From the sequence record MZ189261.1: a DNA stretch of 64,000 nt; one strand, given 5' to 3'. Source of the stretch: Escherichia phage S143_2. The translations under genes and the position numbers were made by a program. Positions 13,518-23,292 of this stretch are shown here, piece after piece. The notes under the pieces are model-generated. The model worked only from the letters and a program-made list of their open reading frames with translations, made no database searches and had not been told where the DNA came from. How positions within the stretch are numbered: the first letter of the stretch is position 1; each line of letters begins with the position of its first letter.

Positions 13518-13787
13518 TTATTTCTGTGCAATTTCGATGTAAGTTTTCAAAATATTTTGCCAATTAGGCATACCTTCTTGGACATATGCCGGAGAACCGT
13601 CTTTGTTTTTGAATGATGCAAGTTTATCAGTGGCCCAATAACCTTTAGCTCGAGCTTCAGAATCAACTTTCATCCATACTTTGTTGAAGGCGTTACCATT
13701 AACTTTTGCACCATATTTTTCTACCAACTTAACTGCTTCAGCTTCTAGAACTTTTAAAGTATCTCGTAAGAAACGTGCTTTAGTCAT
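13518..13787 (-). CDS. Hypothetical early protein (89 aa) between genes 23 and 24
   Basis: 89-aa ORF on - with SD GAGGAG 6 nt before ATG and an early-type promoter upstream; no recognisable motif. Confidence 0.5.
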   Translation of the reverse strand: MTKARFLRDTLKVLEAEAVKLVEKYGAKVNGNAFNKVWMKVDSEARAKGYWATDKLASFKNKDGSPAYVQEGMPNWQNILKTYIEIAQK

Positions 13788-13817
13788 TTTGTTTACTCCT
13801 CTGTAGTTGATAAGTTT

Positions 13818-13848
13818 ATAGTATCACATACCAAATACGTTGTAAACA
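13818..13848 (-). promoter_or_regulatory. Early (sigma70-type) promoter GTTTAC-N18-TACTAT for the 89-aa ORF
   Basis: On - strand: GTTTACAACGTATTTGGTATGTGATACTAT; TG-extended -10; about 25 nt upstream of the ORF ATG. Confidence 0.45.
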
Positions 13849-13853
13849 ATCTT

Positions 13854-13861
13854 TATAAATA
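13854..13861 (+). promoter_or_regulatory. Late promoter TATAAATA upstream of gene 24
   Basis: TATAAATA about 27 nt upstream of gene 24 ATG. Confidence 0.55.
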
Positions 13862-13888
13862 ATCTATATCACATAAGGAAAAAATGCA

Positions 13889-15172
13889 ATGAGTAAAATC
13901 CAAAAATTATTGCGTGAATCTACAACGTCTACTAGCAACTCAATTGGTCGCCCAAATCTCGTTGCTTTGACTCGCGCTACGACTAAATTAATATATTCTG
14001 ACATTGTAGCAACACAAAGAACTAATCAACCTGTTGCTGCTTTTTATGGTATCAAATATCTTAACCCAGATAACGAATTCACATTTAAAACTGGTGCTAC
14101 TTATGCTGGCGAAGTTGGATATGTAGACCGAGAAAAAATTACTGAGCTCACAGAAGAATCAAAAGTCACACTAAATAAAGGCGATTTTTTCAAATATAAT
14201 AATATCGTCTATAAAGTGTTAGAAGATACACCATTTGCAGATATTCAAGAAAGTGATCTAGAATTAGCTCTTCAGATTGCAGTCGTTCATTTAAAGGTAC
14301 GGTTATTTTCAGATGCAGCGGTAACAAGCAAATTTGAAAGTTCTGGTAGCGAAATTTCTGATGCAAGATTCCAGATTAATAAATGGCAAACTTCGGTCAA
14401 ATCTCGTAAACTTAAAACAGGTCTCACGGTTGAATTAGCGCAAGATTTGGAAGCGAATGGATTTGATGCCCCTAACTTCTTAGAAGATTTGCTTGCTACT
14501 GAAATGGCTGATGAAATTAATAAAGATATTCTTCAGTCTTTAATTACTGTATCGAAACGCTATAAAGTTACTGGAATTACTGACACCGGATTTATTGACT
14601 TGAGCTATGCGTCCGCTCCAGAAGCAGGTCGTTCGTTATATCGAATGGTGTGTGAAATGGTATCACACATTCAAAAAGAGACAACTTATACTGCAACGTT
14701 TTGTGTAGCCTCAGCTCGTGCAGCTGCTATTCTTGCTGCTTCCGGTTGGTTAAAACATAAGCCAGAAGATGACAAGTATCTTTCACAAAATGCTTATGGA
14801 TTCTTGGCAAATGGATTACCTCTTTACTGCGATACCAACAGTCCGTTAGATTATGTTATTGTGGGTGTTGTAGAAAATATCGGCGAAAAAGAAATTGTAG
14901 GGTCCATCTTTTATGCTCCATACACTGAAGGAGTAGATTTAGATGACCCGGAACATGTCGGTGCATTTAAAGTTGTAGTTGATCCAGAAAGCTTGCAACC
15001 GTCTATCGGATTATTGGTTAGATACGCTTTATCAGCAAATCCTTACACAGTAGCAAAAGATGAAAAAGAAGCGAGAATAATTGATGGCGGGGACATGGAT
15101 AAAATGGCAGGACGTTCAGACTTGTCTGTTTTACTCGGTGTTAAATTGCCTAAAATCATCGTTGATGAATAA
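13889..15172 (+). CDS. 24: Capsid vertex protein gp24
   Basis: 427 aa, same length as T4 gp24; gp23 paralogue downstream of gene 23. Confidence 0.93.
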   Translation: MSKIQKLLRESTTSTSNSIGRPNLVALTRATTKLIYSDIVATQRTNQPVAAFYGIKYLNPDNEFTFKTGATYAGEVGYVDREKITELTEESKVTLNKGDFFKYNNIVYKVLEDTPFADIQESDLELALQIAVVHLKVRLFSDAAVTSKFESSGSEISDARFQINKWQTSVKSRKLKTGLTVELAQDLEANGFDAPNFLEDLLATEMADEINKDILQSLITVSKRYKVTGITDTGFIDLSYASAPEAGRSLYRMVCEMVSHIQKETTYTATFCVASARAAAILAASGWLKHKPEDDKYLSQNAYGFLANGLPLYCDTNSPLDYVIVGVVENIGEKEIVGSIFYAPYTEGVDLDDPEHVGAFKVVVDPESLQPSIGLLVRYALSANPYTVAKDEKEARIIDGGDMDKMAGRSDLSVLLGVKLPKIIVDE

Positions 15173-15179
15173 AAAAAAA

Positions 15180-15200
15180 GGGACCTTACGGTCCCTTTTT
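15180..15200. terminator. Bidirectional terminator (GGGACC-UUAC-GGUCCC) between gene 24 and rnlB
   Basis: 6-bp GC stem flanked by A9 upstream and T5 downstream. Confidence 0.7.
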
Positions 15201-15202
15201 CG

Positions 15203-16201
15203 TTATGATACTAATTCAATCCATGCAGGACGCAGAACATCTTGCACCATTCGGACTAATTCTTTCTTAACAAGATTCGGATTATCAGATGATGTTAATA
15301 CAATACCTTCACGAGAAGTTTCTTCCAGAATATCTTGAACAGTCAATCCCATCACTTTGCCAAAATCTTTTGGCGTTACAGTCCCAATCTTAGAAATAAC
15401 ATTATTAACACGATTTAATGTAACATAACAAGCTAGAACACCAAGCAAGTTTTTGTCAATTTCGGTTAATGGAACCTGAGTTTTAATAGGCTTATCAGAC
15501 TTTTTCTTTTCACTGAATTTAGAGTTCTTGCACTTAATAGCTACACGAGTACCGTTTGGCAGCCATTTAGGGAAACAAGGCTTCAGAACATAACCTTCTG
15601 CTGTATTATTGCCAATAACATTAGCATCAAATACACAATTATTTGCTTCTACAAGGTCTTCTGACGCAGTAGCATTATAAGCGGCTAAGACTGAATCAAG
15701 GTCGTTTGGAATCATGATAAGAGCATCAAATGTTCCACGACCAAGCATTGGTGCCATTTTAAAACCGAATTCATTACAGAAATCTTGCATTTCGTAATCG
15801 GTCAAATACGTATTATCACCACTTTCTGTATTGATAATGATATCGAACACATAAAAATCTTTTTCACCGTAGTCAACACCTTTCTGGATTCCACCACCAG
15901 CGAATTCACCGAATACTTGATATGATACGGCTCGAGCTTCGTGCATTAATTCCTGAACGGCTTTAATAGCCTTATCATACTTCTTGAGTACGATTTCATA
16001 GCCGTAAAAATCTTCTGCTGGAAGAATAGGGCCTGTGCGCTTGGCGCATGTGACGTTGTCACGTTCAATTATTAACGAGAAGTTGGTCCCGTGGATTTTC
16101 TCACGTGCTACCCAAACACCAGTAGTCAAACCATTAGTGTAGAGTTTTTCAATAAACTTAGAGTTGTAGTGGTTTTCAAGACTGCTGTATTTCTTAAACA
16201 T
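15203..16201 (-). CDS. rnlB: RNA ligase 2 (RnlB)
   Basis: 332 aa; [20 protein letters not shown]... and KIHGTN nucleotidyltransferase motif I; matches T4 Rnl2 as recalled. Confidence 0.93.
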   Translation of the reverse strand: MFKKYSSLENHYNSKFIEKLYTNGLTTGVWVAREKIHGTNFSLIIERDNVTCAKRTGPILPAEDFYGYEIVLKKYDKAIKAVQELMHEARAVSYQVFGEFAGGGIQKGVDYGEKDFYVFDIIINTESGDNTYLTDYEMQDFCNEFGFKMAPMLGRGTFDALIMIPNDLDSVLAAYNATASEDLVEANNCVFDANVIGNNTAEGYVLKPCFPKWLPNGTRVAIKCKNSKFSEKKKSDKPIKTQVPLTEIDKNLLGVLACYVTLNRVNNVISKIGTVTPKDFGKVMGLTVQDILEETSREGIVLTSSDNPNLVKKELVRMVQDVLRPAWIELVS

Positions 16202-16293
16202 AAATCACCATTATAAATAATAATATCAAAATAATTAGCAGAGACTCTATCTCCGACCCGATGTTTAATTTGAATGGATAGAACCTAGATTCA

Positions 16294-16318
16294 TTATACC
16301 ATCAAAAAATGTAAAGCA
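16294..16318 (-). promoter_or_regulatory. Middle (MotA-dependent) promoter candidate for rnlB
   Basis: On - strand ATGCTTTA-N13-TATAAT: MotA-box-like TGCTTTA with a -10 TATAAT. Confidence 0.4.
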
Positions 16319-16320
16319 TA

Positions 16321-16572
16321 CTAGAACTTGATTTCTATCCAGTGCCCATCACGTTGGTCGTGATTAATTTTGTACTGAAAGCCGTTATCACGGAACCACT
16401 GGCCGATTTGCTCGGTGATAGTTAAATCATTCTTTGACGGATAGTATGTAAATTGTGTCTGGCCTTTGTCAGCGGCTTTCTCTGCCATCACAGAGAAGTT
16501 AGTAATAAAATCTTTCAACAAATTGGCTTTAGTGGCCAGGGCCCTTTCTCTTAATTCCTGTGCAAAACTCAT
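16321..16572 (-). CDS. Hypothetical protein (83 aa)
   Basis: ORF in the operon-like - strand array between hoc and rnlB; overlaps the next gene by 4 nt. Confidence 0.55.
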   Translation of the reverse strand: MSFAQELRERALATKANLLKDFITNFSVMAEKAADKGQTQFTYYPSKNDLTITEQIGQWFRDNGFQYKINHDQRDGHWIEIKF

Positions 16573-16769
16573 TTCTTCACCTTTCTGTTAATCAAACGTT
16601 TACGGTATACAACTTTTTCTTTTGCTTTAAACTTTGACCGAGCTGTCTCGGCTTTAGTCCATAGTAATCCAACTTCTTTAGGTTGTAAACCGATTTTTTG
16701 AGCAATTTCTACGAATGAAAATCCCGCCTCATGTAATGTATAAACTTCAACTTCAGCTCTCATAATCAA
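16569..16769 (-). CDS. Hypothetical small basic protein (66 aa)
   Basis: ORF with basic C-terminal tail (RKRLINRKVKK); position downstream of hoc. Confidence 0.5.
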   Translation of the reverse strand: MIMRAEVEVYTLHEAGFSFVEIAQKIGLQPKEVGLLWTKAETARSKFKAKEKVVYRKRLINRKVKK

Positions 16770-16842
16770 TCCCGTATTATTTGGTTTGTGCCATTATACA
16801 TCAATCTCAAGATGTGTTTTGTATGCTTTAAAAACGAAGAAA

Positions 16843-16856
16843 GGGGCCGAAGCCCC
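16843..16856 (-). terminator. Intrinsic terminator after hoc (GGGGC-UUCG-GCCCC plus U-tract on - strand)
   Basis: GC stem 7 nt after hoc stop; - strand transcript continues with TTTCTTCGTTTTT. Confidence 0.6.
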
Positions 16857-16862
16857 TTACGA

Positions 16863-17993
16863 TTATGGATATGTATAGATGATACCAGTTTCTAAAGCAG
16901 TTTTATGGATGATGTATCCATTACGTGATTCTTGAACATCAACTTCTGGATAATCTTGTATCATCTTCTGAAGGGTGTAACGATGCAGGTAATATTTACT
17001 ATCTGGGTCGTCAGTTTTCCAATCTTTACCTTCTTCAGTCATTTTTTGGATTTCATCCATAACCCACCAACCACACCAGATATAAGCTGAAGTACGATGT
17101 GGAAGAGGATGAACATAAGGTAGTTCACCTTCTGGTTCTGGAGCAACTTTATCAGTTACCTGAACTTGACCTTCTGCTGTAATAGTTTTGCTATCGTAAT
17201 CAGTTGCAGTAATAGTTGCAGTAACTTCAATAGTTTGACTTCCAATAGATGATGTATCAACGGTGTATACGTTAGTTGACCCTTCCACAGGAGAAGAATC
17301 TTTCTTCCATGAATATTCGATTTGCGCTTCTTCAGGAGCATCGGTTACATTAGCAGTAAATGTAGCCGAAGCATCTTGATGAACGTTAATAGAAGGAGGA
17401 GTCAATGTAACCTGTGGATTCATTGTCTTCTTATTAACCGTTAATGATACTTCATTCGAAGTAACTTCCTTTGCATCATAATCTGTTGCGGTTACTTGGG
17501 CTACACATTTAATTCTTTTTACACCACTTGTAGTTGGAGTATAGCTAAATGTAGAGTTAGTTTCTCCACCAATTTGAGAATCATCAACATACCATTGATA
17601 CGTAGCAGATGCGCCTGATGGCTGTGAAGCTAAGGCGGCAGTAAATTGAACTGGGGTTCCAATTACTCCAGCTGAAGGACTATTAGGAGTTACTGCCAAT
17701 GTAGTTGACTGAGTTTTATTTTTAACCGTGATAGTCGTAGTAATTTCTGCTGTTTCAGCGTCAGTATCAGGAATAGTATTTGTTGCAACAACTTTAATTG
17801 TTTTTGTTCCAGCAGGTCCTTTTAACACATAATCAAAAGTTTCTGCCGATCCTACTTGAGGAGCATCGTCTACACTCCATGCATAGGTAATAGTTCCACC
17901 TCCAGTTTCACCACTGGGAGTAGCAGTAAACTGCTGAGTCTGATCTATAACTCCAGTAGGTGTTTTAGGAGTTATATCAACTGTAAAAGCCAT
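16863..17993 (-). CDS. hoc: Highly immunogenic outer capsid protein Hoc
   Basis: 376 aa; MAFTVDITPKTPTGVIDQTQQFTATPSGETGGGTITYAWSVDD... and C-terminal ...ETGIIYTYP match T4 Hoc as recalled. Confidence 0.93.
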   Translation of the reverse strand: MAFTVDITPKTPTGVIDQTQQFTATPSGETGGGTITYAWSVDDAPQVGSAETFDYVLKGPAGTKTIKVVATNTIPDTDAETAEITTTITVKNKTQSTTLAVTPNSPSAGVIGTPVQFTAALASQPSGASATYQWYVDDSQIGGETNSTFSYTPTTSGVKRIKCVAQVTATDYDAKEVTSNEVSLTVNKKTMNPQVTLTPPSINVHQDASATFTANVTDAPEEAQIEYSWKKDSSPVEGSTNVYTVDTSSIGSQTIEVTATITATDYDSKTITAEGQVQVTDKVAPEPEGELPYVHPLPHRTSAYIWCGWWVMDEIQKMTEEGKDWKTDDPDSKYYLHRYTLQKMIQDYPEVDVQESRNGYIIHKTALETGIIYTYP

Positions 17994-18002
17994 AAGTTAT
18001 CC

Positions 18003-18671
18003 TTATTTTAATGTTACGAAAGAAGAATTACGAGATTCACGAATTAGAACTGATCCATCGCGATTAATATAATAAATTAAGCTAAATAATGTTTGGTGAG
18101 CAGAAGCATGCACAAAACTAGTTGGGCGAGATTTCCAATCAGGCGTTTCGGCTATCCATTGATAAATCCACCAAGGAACAGTAACATATCCTGGGCTTTT
18201 GCCTAATTTAATGAGTGTAGGACTAAAATTTTCAGGCAGAACAAATGTTACTTCTTTATTTACCTCTGCCTCAGGCTCTTTTTCAGATTCAACAACCTGA
18301 GTAATTGCTTCTTCGAATTTATCATGGTCGAATTCTTTTTCTTGTTCGACAACTTCTAATACTTCAACTTGTTCTGTTGGAGAATCAAACAACAGAATAG
18401 CTTCTTCTTTAACTTCTTCGTTGGTGAAATTAACACCGTCCACATCATCTGCGGCAGTAATTAAATCGGTGATAGATAATCCATCAGTTTCAGGTAATGG
18501 TTCATCAGCCAGTGCGTTAAGAGCTTCTTCGATATCAATAACAATATTATCAAATGATTTTGTTTTCTTAACACTAATGCCAAATTGTTCCGCATATTCA
18601 AACAGTTTAGCTTTAGCTTCCTTTTTATCAGAAAGAGCACGTAACTCTTCAATATAGTCTTTATCGATCAT
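18003..18671 (-). CDS. inh: Inh-like protein (inhibitor of prohead protease)
   Basis: 222-aa acidic protein in the T4 inh position between hoc and uvsW; assignment by synteny and size. Confidence 0.7.
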   Translation of the reverse strand: MIDKDYIEELRALSDKKEAKAKLFEYAEQFGISVKKTKSFDNIVIDIEEALNALADEPLPETDGLSITDLITAADDVDGVNFTNEEVKEEAILLFDSPTEQVEVLEVVEQEKEFDHDKFEEAITQVVESEKEPEAEVNKEVTFVLPENFSPTLIKLGKSPGYVTVPWWIYQWIAETPDWKSRPTSFVHASAHQTLFSLIYYINRDGSVLIRESRNSSFVTLK

Positions 18672-18684
18672 GATATTTCCTCAT

Positions 18685-18692
18685 TATAAATA
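18685..18692 (+). promoter_or_regulatory. Late promoter TATAAATA upstream of uvsW
   Basis: TATAAATA 30 nt upstream of uvsW ATG within CATTATAAATATAACTATA. Confidence 0.5.
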
Positions 18693-18721
18693 TAACTATA
18701 TTTATTACATGGTAATTTGAC

Positions 18722-20236
18722 ATGACTGACATTAAAGTACATTTTTATGATTTTAGTCACGTGCGCATTGAATGCGACGAAAGTACGTTTTACGAACTTC
18801 GTGACTTTTTTAGTTTTGAAGCTGACGGGTATAAATTTAACCCAAAATATCGCTATGGGCAATGGGATGGTAGAATTCGACTTTTAGATTACAATCGTTT
18901 GTTACCATATGGACTTGTAGGACAAATAAAAAAGTTCTGTAACAATATGAGTTATTCTGTATGGATTGACCCTAAAATCTTTGAGACTGAAGACCTTACC
19001 AGGGAAGATTTTGACGCATGGCTTTCTAAACAAGAAATTTATTCGGGCAACGCCAAAATCGAACCACATTGGTATCAAAAAGATGCAGTATACGAAGGAT
19101 TAGTTAATCGTCGTCGAATTTTAAACCTTCCGACATCAGCAGGTAAATCACTAATCCAAGCACTTTTAGCTCGATATTATCTAGAGAACTATGAAGGTAA
19201 AATTCTCATTATCGTCCCTACAACAGCATTGACAACCCAGATGGCTAATGATTTTGTTGATTATCGCTTGTTTAGTCATTCGATGATTAAGAAAATTGGC
19301 GGTGGTGCTGATAAAGCGGACAGAGCTAAAAACGACGCTCCAATTATTGTTGGCACATGGCAAACAGTAGTTAAGCAGCCTAAAGAATGGTTCTCTCAAT
19401 TCGGTATGATGATGAACGATGAATGCCACTTAGCGACAGGCAAAAGTATTTCTTCAATCATCTCAGGATTAAATAATTGCATGTTTAAATTCGGTTTATC
19501 TGGCTCATTAAGAGACGGAAAAGCCAATGTAATGCAGTATGTAGGTATGTTCGGTGAAATCTTCCGTCCTGTTAGCACGTCTAAATTAATGGAAGATGGA
19601 CAGGTAACTGAGCTTAAGATTAATAGTATTTTCCTTCGTTATCCAGATGAATTCGCCATTAAATTAAAAGGTAAAACATACCAAGAAGAAGTTAAAATTA
19701 TTACCGGACTAAAACGTCGTACAAAGTGGATTGCTCAACTTTCAGTCAAATTGGCTAAGAAAGACGAGAACGCCTTTGTAATGTTTAAACACGTTACACA
19801 CGGTAAAGAAATATTTGAAGCTATTAAAGAGCTTGGATACGAAAAAGTTTATTACGTATCAGGTGAAGTTGATACTGAAACACGTAACGCGCTTAAAGTC
19901 ATGGCAGAAAATGGTAAAGGCATTATTATTGTCGCATCATACGGAGTATTCTCTACTGGTATTTCAGTCAAGAATCTTCATCATGTTATTTTTGCTCATG
20001 GTGTTAAATCAAAAATTATCGTACTTCAAACCGTAGGTCGTGTGCTTCGTAAGCATGGTTCTAAAGCTGTTGCTACAGTTTGGGATCTCATCGATGACGC
20101 AGGTGTAAAACCTAAATCATTAAATACTAAAAAGAAGTATACTCATCTTAATTACTTGTTAAAACACGGTATTGATCGTATCCAACGTTACGCTGATGAG
20201 AAATTTAACTATGTAATGAAAACAATTAATTTATAA
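18722..20236 (+). CDS. uvsW: UvsW DNA/RNA helicase
   Basis: 504 aa; Walker A LPTSAGKS, DECH box; N-terminus matches T4 UvsW as recalled. Confidence 0.95.
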   Translation: MTDIKVHFYDFSHVRIECDESTFYELRDFFSFEADGYKFNPKYRYGQWDGRIRLLDYNRLLPYGLVGQIKKFCNNMSYSVWIDPKIFETEDLTREDFDAWLSKQEIYSGNAKIEPHWYQKDAVYEGLVNRRRILNLPTSAGKSLIQALLARYYLENYEGKILIIVPTTALTTQMANDFVDYRLFSHSMIKKIGGGADKADRAKNDAPIIVGTWQTVVKQPKEWFSQFGMMMNDECHLATGKSISSIISGLNNCMFKFGLSGSLRDGKANVMQYVGMFGEIFRPVSTSKLMEDGQVTELKINSIFLRYPDEFAIKLKGKTYQEEVKIITGLKRRTKWIAQLSVKLAKKDENAFVMFKHVTHGKEIFEAIKELGYEKVYYVSGEVDTETRNALKVMAENGKGIIIVASYGVFSTGISVKNLHHVIFAHGVKSKIIVLQTVGRVLRKHGSKAVATVWDLIDDAGVKPKSLNTKKKYTHLNYLLKHGIDRIQRYADEKFNYVMKTINL

Positions 20237-20249
20237 GGGCTTCGGCCCT
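20236..20249 (+). other. Intercistronic UUCG tetraloop hairpin (AGGGC-UUCG-GCCCU) between uvsW and uvsW.1
   Basis: 5-bp GC stem with UUCG loop immediately after uvsW stop, preceding the SD of uvsW.1; no U-tract. Confidence 0.45.
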
Positions 20250-20261
20250 TAGGAGATAAAA

Positions 20262-20492
20262 ATGGTACTTGAATTTAAACAATTTTTATACGAAGCATCT
20301 ATTGACGAATTCATGGGTAAAATTGCTAGTTGTCATACCTTAGAAGGGCTTGAAGAATTGGAAGCTTATTATAAGAAACGTATAAAAGAAACGGAATTAA
20401 AAGATACAGATGATATTTCTGTCAGGGATGCCTTAGCAGGTAAGCGTGCCGAACTTGAAGGCGATGATGAGGATGCGGAAGAAGACTTCTAA
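20262..20492 (+). CDS. uvsW.1: UvsW.1 small acidic protein
   Basis: 76 aa, same size and position as T4 UvsW.1. Confidence 0.7.
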   Translation: MVLEFKQFLYEASIDEFMGKIASCHTLEGLEELEAYYKKRIKETELKDTDDISVRDALAGKRAELEGDDEDAEEDF

Positions 20493-20501
20493 TTAAAAAA
20501 A

Positions 20502-20524
20502 GGCCCGACCTTTTTGGAAGGGCC
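20502..20524 (-). terminator. Putative terminator of the - strand uvsY transcription unit
   Basis: GGCCC...GGGCC inverted repeat followed on the - strand by a T7 run; weaker stem than the others. Confidence 0.35.
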
Positions 20525-20549
20525 AAAAACCATAGGCAAAAAGGTAACA

Positions 20550-20717
20550 CTATAGTAAAAGTTGGGTTTCGTTCAATTGCTCTTCTGAACTTTCTGAAAC
20601 CGGCAATTGTTGGACATAATTATAACAAGGACCAGGATGTGCTGGACCTTTGTCTGTTTCAACAACCAATGCAGAATCGATTGGAGTTTTACAGACAACA
20701 CAAATCTTATCTGACAT
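20550..20717 (-). CDS. Small Cys-containing protein (55 aa), absent from the ORF track
   Basis: MSDKICVVCKTPIDSALVVETDKGPAHPGPCYNY...; GGAGG SD 5 nt upstream of ATG; below the 60-aa track cutoff. Confidence 0.45.
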   Translation of the reverse strand: MSDKICVVCKTPIDSALVVETDKGPAHPGPCYNYVQQLPVSESSEEQLNETQLLL

Positions 20718-20749
20718 GATTGCCTCCTAAGTTGAAATTACATATCTAT

Positions 20750-20974
20750 TTATACCACTCGCATGCACATATCGATACCCATATCTTTTGTATAAAAATA
20801 CTCGTCGATGTACCCGGCAAACTTCCCTTTAATATAAAGGACGTCTTCGCCACAAGGATGGTCTGCCAGGATACGAATATCCTGACGACGTAGACGATAC
20901 TTTTCCATTAAGAATTTAATTTCAGTTTCAAATTCTTCATCATTATTAAAGGCATCTTCAATTGAATAACGCAT
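20750..20974 (-). CDS. Hypothetical protein (74 aa) downstream of uvsY
   Basis: ORF whose start overlaps the uvsY stop. Confidence 0.5.
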   Translation of the reverse strand: MRYSIEDAFNNDEEFETEIKFLMEKYRLRRQDIRILADHPCGEDVLYIKGKFAGYIDEYFYTKDMGIDMCMRVV

Positions 20975-21387
20975 TATTGCCCCGCTTCAAATTCTCGCAT
21001 ATCCTGGATATGTTTAAGTGCAAAACTACGAGATTTAACTGCGTCAAGTGCACCACTACAGAACTCAAGTAAAATTCCCCAGTATTGTAAAGTAGTCTCT
21101 ATTTTAAGCACATCTTTATCTGCGGCCAAGACAGTTTTCATTTCAGATTTCTCGTATCGGTCCATACTGAATTCATCACCGTCACCTCGTCCCGAGTAGT
21201 AGTCTAATCTTGCTTTTAGAGCAGTTTTCTTCTGAGTCTCTATACGCAACATTTCTTTACGAATAAATGAGTGCTTACGTAGCCATTTGCTGTATAACTT
21301 AACATTATTCGCTGTCTCATATTGCAACTTTGTCATATCAATAGCTAAGTCTGCGTCTAACTCTTCCTGTAAATCTTCCAGCTTCAT
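20974..21387 (-). CDS. uvsY: UvsY recombination mediator
   Basis: 137 aa from MKLEDLQEELDADLAIDMTKLQYETANN...; matches T4 UvsY as recalled; the longer 164-aa ORF start rejected. Confidence 0.88.
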   Translation of the reverse strand: MKLEDLQEELDADLAIDMTKLQYETANNVKLYSKWLRKHSFIRKEMLRIETQKKTALKARLDYYSGRGDGDEFSMDRYEKSEMKTVLAADKDVLKIETTLQYWGILLEFCSGALDAVKSRSFALKHIQDMREFEAGQ

Positions 21388-21467
21388 AATGTTCTCTCTT
21401 TTAACTAATAATCTCCCGGCTGTATCGGAAGGACCTAAAACCATTATACATAGGTTGCCTTGAAGCA

Positions 21468-21866
21468 TTACACTCTATTGCTTGACGCTAACTGAAGTTT
21501 AATTTGTTCAATATCGTCAGGGTTGTCTACGACCGAAAATCTAATCTCTACTATAACCGTATAGTCATCATATACTGGCGTTACACTTACAGAAAGTTTG
21601 TCGATGCGTGGTTCATAGTTACGAACAGCCGCCTGGATATTACGCTCAATCGTATCGGCTGTAAGTGGTGTCATGTTCTCGAAAAGTTCGTCGACCAAAT
21701 CGCATCCAAATTCAGGGTCGAAGGGGCGTGAGCCTTTTCTAGTTGTCACTATACCAAGAAGACTATTTTTAATAGAACGAAGTCCTACAGAACGAGCAAC
21801 GTCCTTGTTCCAATCCATACGCATTTCTGGGTCGATATCTGAATAAAGTTTATTGATATTAGACAT
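21468..21866 (-). CDS. 25: Baseplate wedge protein gp25
   Basis: 132 aa, same size as T4 gp25; synteny uvsY-25-26. Confidence 0.88.
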   Translation of the reverse strand: MSNINKLYSDIDPEMRMDWNKDVARSVGLRSIKNSLLGIVTTRKGSRPFDPEFGCDLVDELFENMTPLTADTIERNIQAAVRNYEPRIDKLSVSVTPVYDDYTVIVEIRFSVVDNPDDIEQIKLQLASSNRV

Positions 21867-22492
21867 TATAGTAACTCAAAGAATTCTTTGAGGCCTCGTA
21901 TTGTGTGAACGTGTGACGCCCCACATTTGGGACATTTAATAGGGGTTGCCAGATAAATTGATGGCGATACTAAAAGATTTTTAATATTGATCATGTCATC
22001 TTCTGTTATAAGGCCGTAAAGGTCGTTTATTTCTGCTTCAGTTAAATCTTCAACAGGGATGGACTCTCCATTGACAAAAACGGCCTCAATACATGAAGCA
22101 ATCATTAATGCGATATTTTTATCGTCAAATAATTTAGGTTGACGGAACTTAATTTTAATACCACTAAACGAATACCAGGGATCGGCCTGTTCATCCAATT
22201 GAGTGTGCAATAAATTCATATAGACTTGAAATGAATGCCCACAGGAACAATTCCAGGTGTGTTCTTGATTCACTTCACCTAACGAATGTGCCCACAGATT
22301 TACCAACAATAGCTCGGCTTCTTGTTTAGTCAAGTTTTTAGCGTTAGAGCAATTAGTGATAATATTGTTCACTGCTGATTCAATAGTACCGGTAGCCCGC
22401 GCACCAATGAGTCCTAAATATTCTTTTAAAGTAAAGGCTCTACAATTCACTTCTTTATCGCCTAAACGTACGGTAAACGTATATTTGTACAT
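21866..22492 (-). CDS. 26: Baseplate hub protein gp26
   Basis: 208 aa as in T4 gp26; divergent from gene 51. Confidence 0.82.
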   Translation of the reverse strand: MYKYTFTVRLGDKEVNCRAFTLKEYLGLIGARATGTIESAVNNIITNCSNAKNLTKQEAELLLVNLWAHSLGEVNQEHTWNCSCGHSFQVYMNLLHTQLDEQADPWYSFSGIKIKFRQPKLFDDKNIALMIASCIEAVFVNGESIPVEDLTEAEINDLYGLITEDDMINIKNLLVSPSIYLATPIKCPKCGASHVHTIRGLKEFFELL

Positions 22493-22510
22493 GTTAACTC
22501 CTTTATTGTG

Positions 22511-22522
22511 TATTTATAAATA
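22511..22522. promoter_or_regulatory. Overlapping divergent late promoters (TATTTATAAATA) for genes 26 (-) and 51 (+)
   Basis: Reads TATAAATA on + (22515-22522) and on - (22511-22518) between the divergent starts of genes 26 and 51. Confidence 0.55.
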
Positions 22523-22539
22523 ATAGAAAAGGAGTAATT

Positions 22540-23292
22540 ATGGCTAATATAATTCGTTGTAAATTACCGGATGGTGTTCATCGTTTTAAGCCGTTCACTG
22601 TGGCGGATTATAGAGACTTTTTACTAGTTAGAAATGATATCGAACATCGTTCGCCACAAGAACAAAAAGAAATAATTGCCGATCTGATTGATGATTATTT
22701 TGGCGAGTACCCTAAAACATGGCAACCATTTATATTCCTGCAAGTTTTTGCAGGCTCTATAGGCAAAACAAAAGTTCCCGTTATTTTCACTTGCCCTAAA
22801 TGCTCTAAAGAAAAAACTGCACCATTTGAGATATATCAAAAAGAACTAGTCGAACCTGAACTTGATGTTGCTGGTATAAAAATACGTTTTTCTTTCCCTG
22901 AAAAGTTTTATGACAATAAGGCATTAATGATAAGTGAAAACATAAAAGAAATATATTATAATGATGAATGGTACCCATGGAATGATTTGACTGAAGAGAA
23001 CCAAATCCAAGTAATAGAAGCAATAGACATTGACTCGCTCGAGAAGGTTATTGCTTCTATGAACCCTATTAATTTGACCCTTAGATTAGGTTGTTGTGAA
23101 CGTCATGTTAAAACATATACTGATATCTTAGAGGTTTTTAAATTGTTAGTTAACCCTGATGAGATTTTTACATTCTATCAGATAAACCATTCACTAGTAA
23201 AGAGTCAATACACATTGGATTCTATTATGCAAATGATTCCTGTTGAACGTGGTATTGCTTTAACATTAGTAGAAAAGGACCATAAAAAATGA
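22540..23292 (+). CDS. 51: Baseplate hub assembly catalyst gp51
   Basis: 250 aa; position upstream of gene 27. Confidence 0.82.
   Translation: MANIIRCKLPDGVHRFKPFTVADYRDFLLVRNDIEHRSPQEQKEIIADLIDDYFGEYPKTWQPFIFLQVFAGSIGKTKVPVIFTCPKCSKEKTAPFEIYQKELVEPELDVAGIKIRFSFPEKFYDNKALMISENIKEIYYNDEWYPWNDLTEENQIQVIEAIDIDSLEKVIASMNPINLTLRLGCCERHVKTYTDILEVFKLLVNPDEIFTFYQINHSLVKSQYTLDSIMQMIPVERGIALTLVEKDHKK

Noticed and set aside
20974-21468. 164-aa first-ATG version of uvsY
   Set aside because: Extension lacks similarity to T4 UvsY and overlaps gp25; the internal Met gives the expected 137-aa protein.
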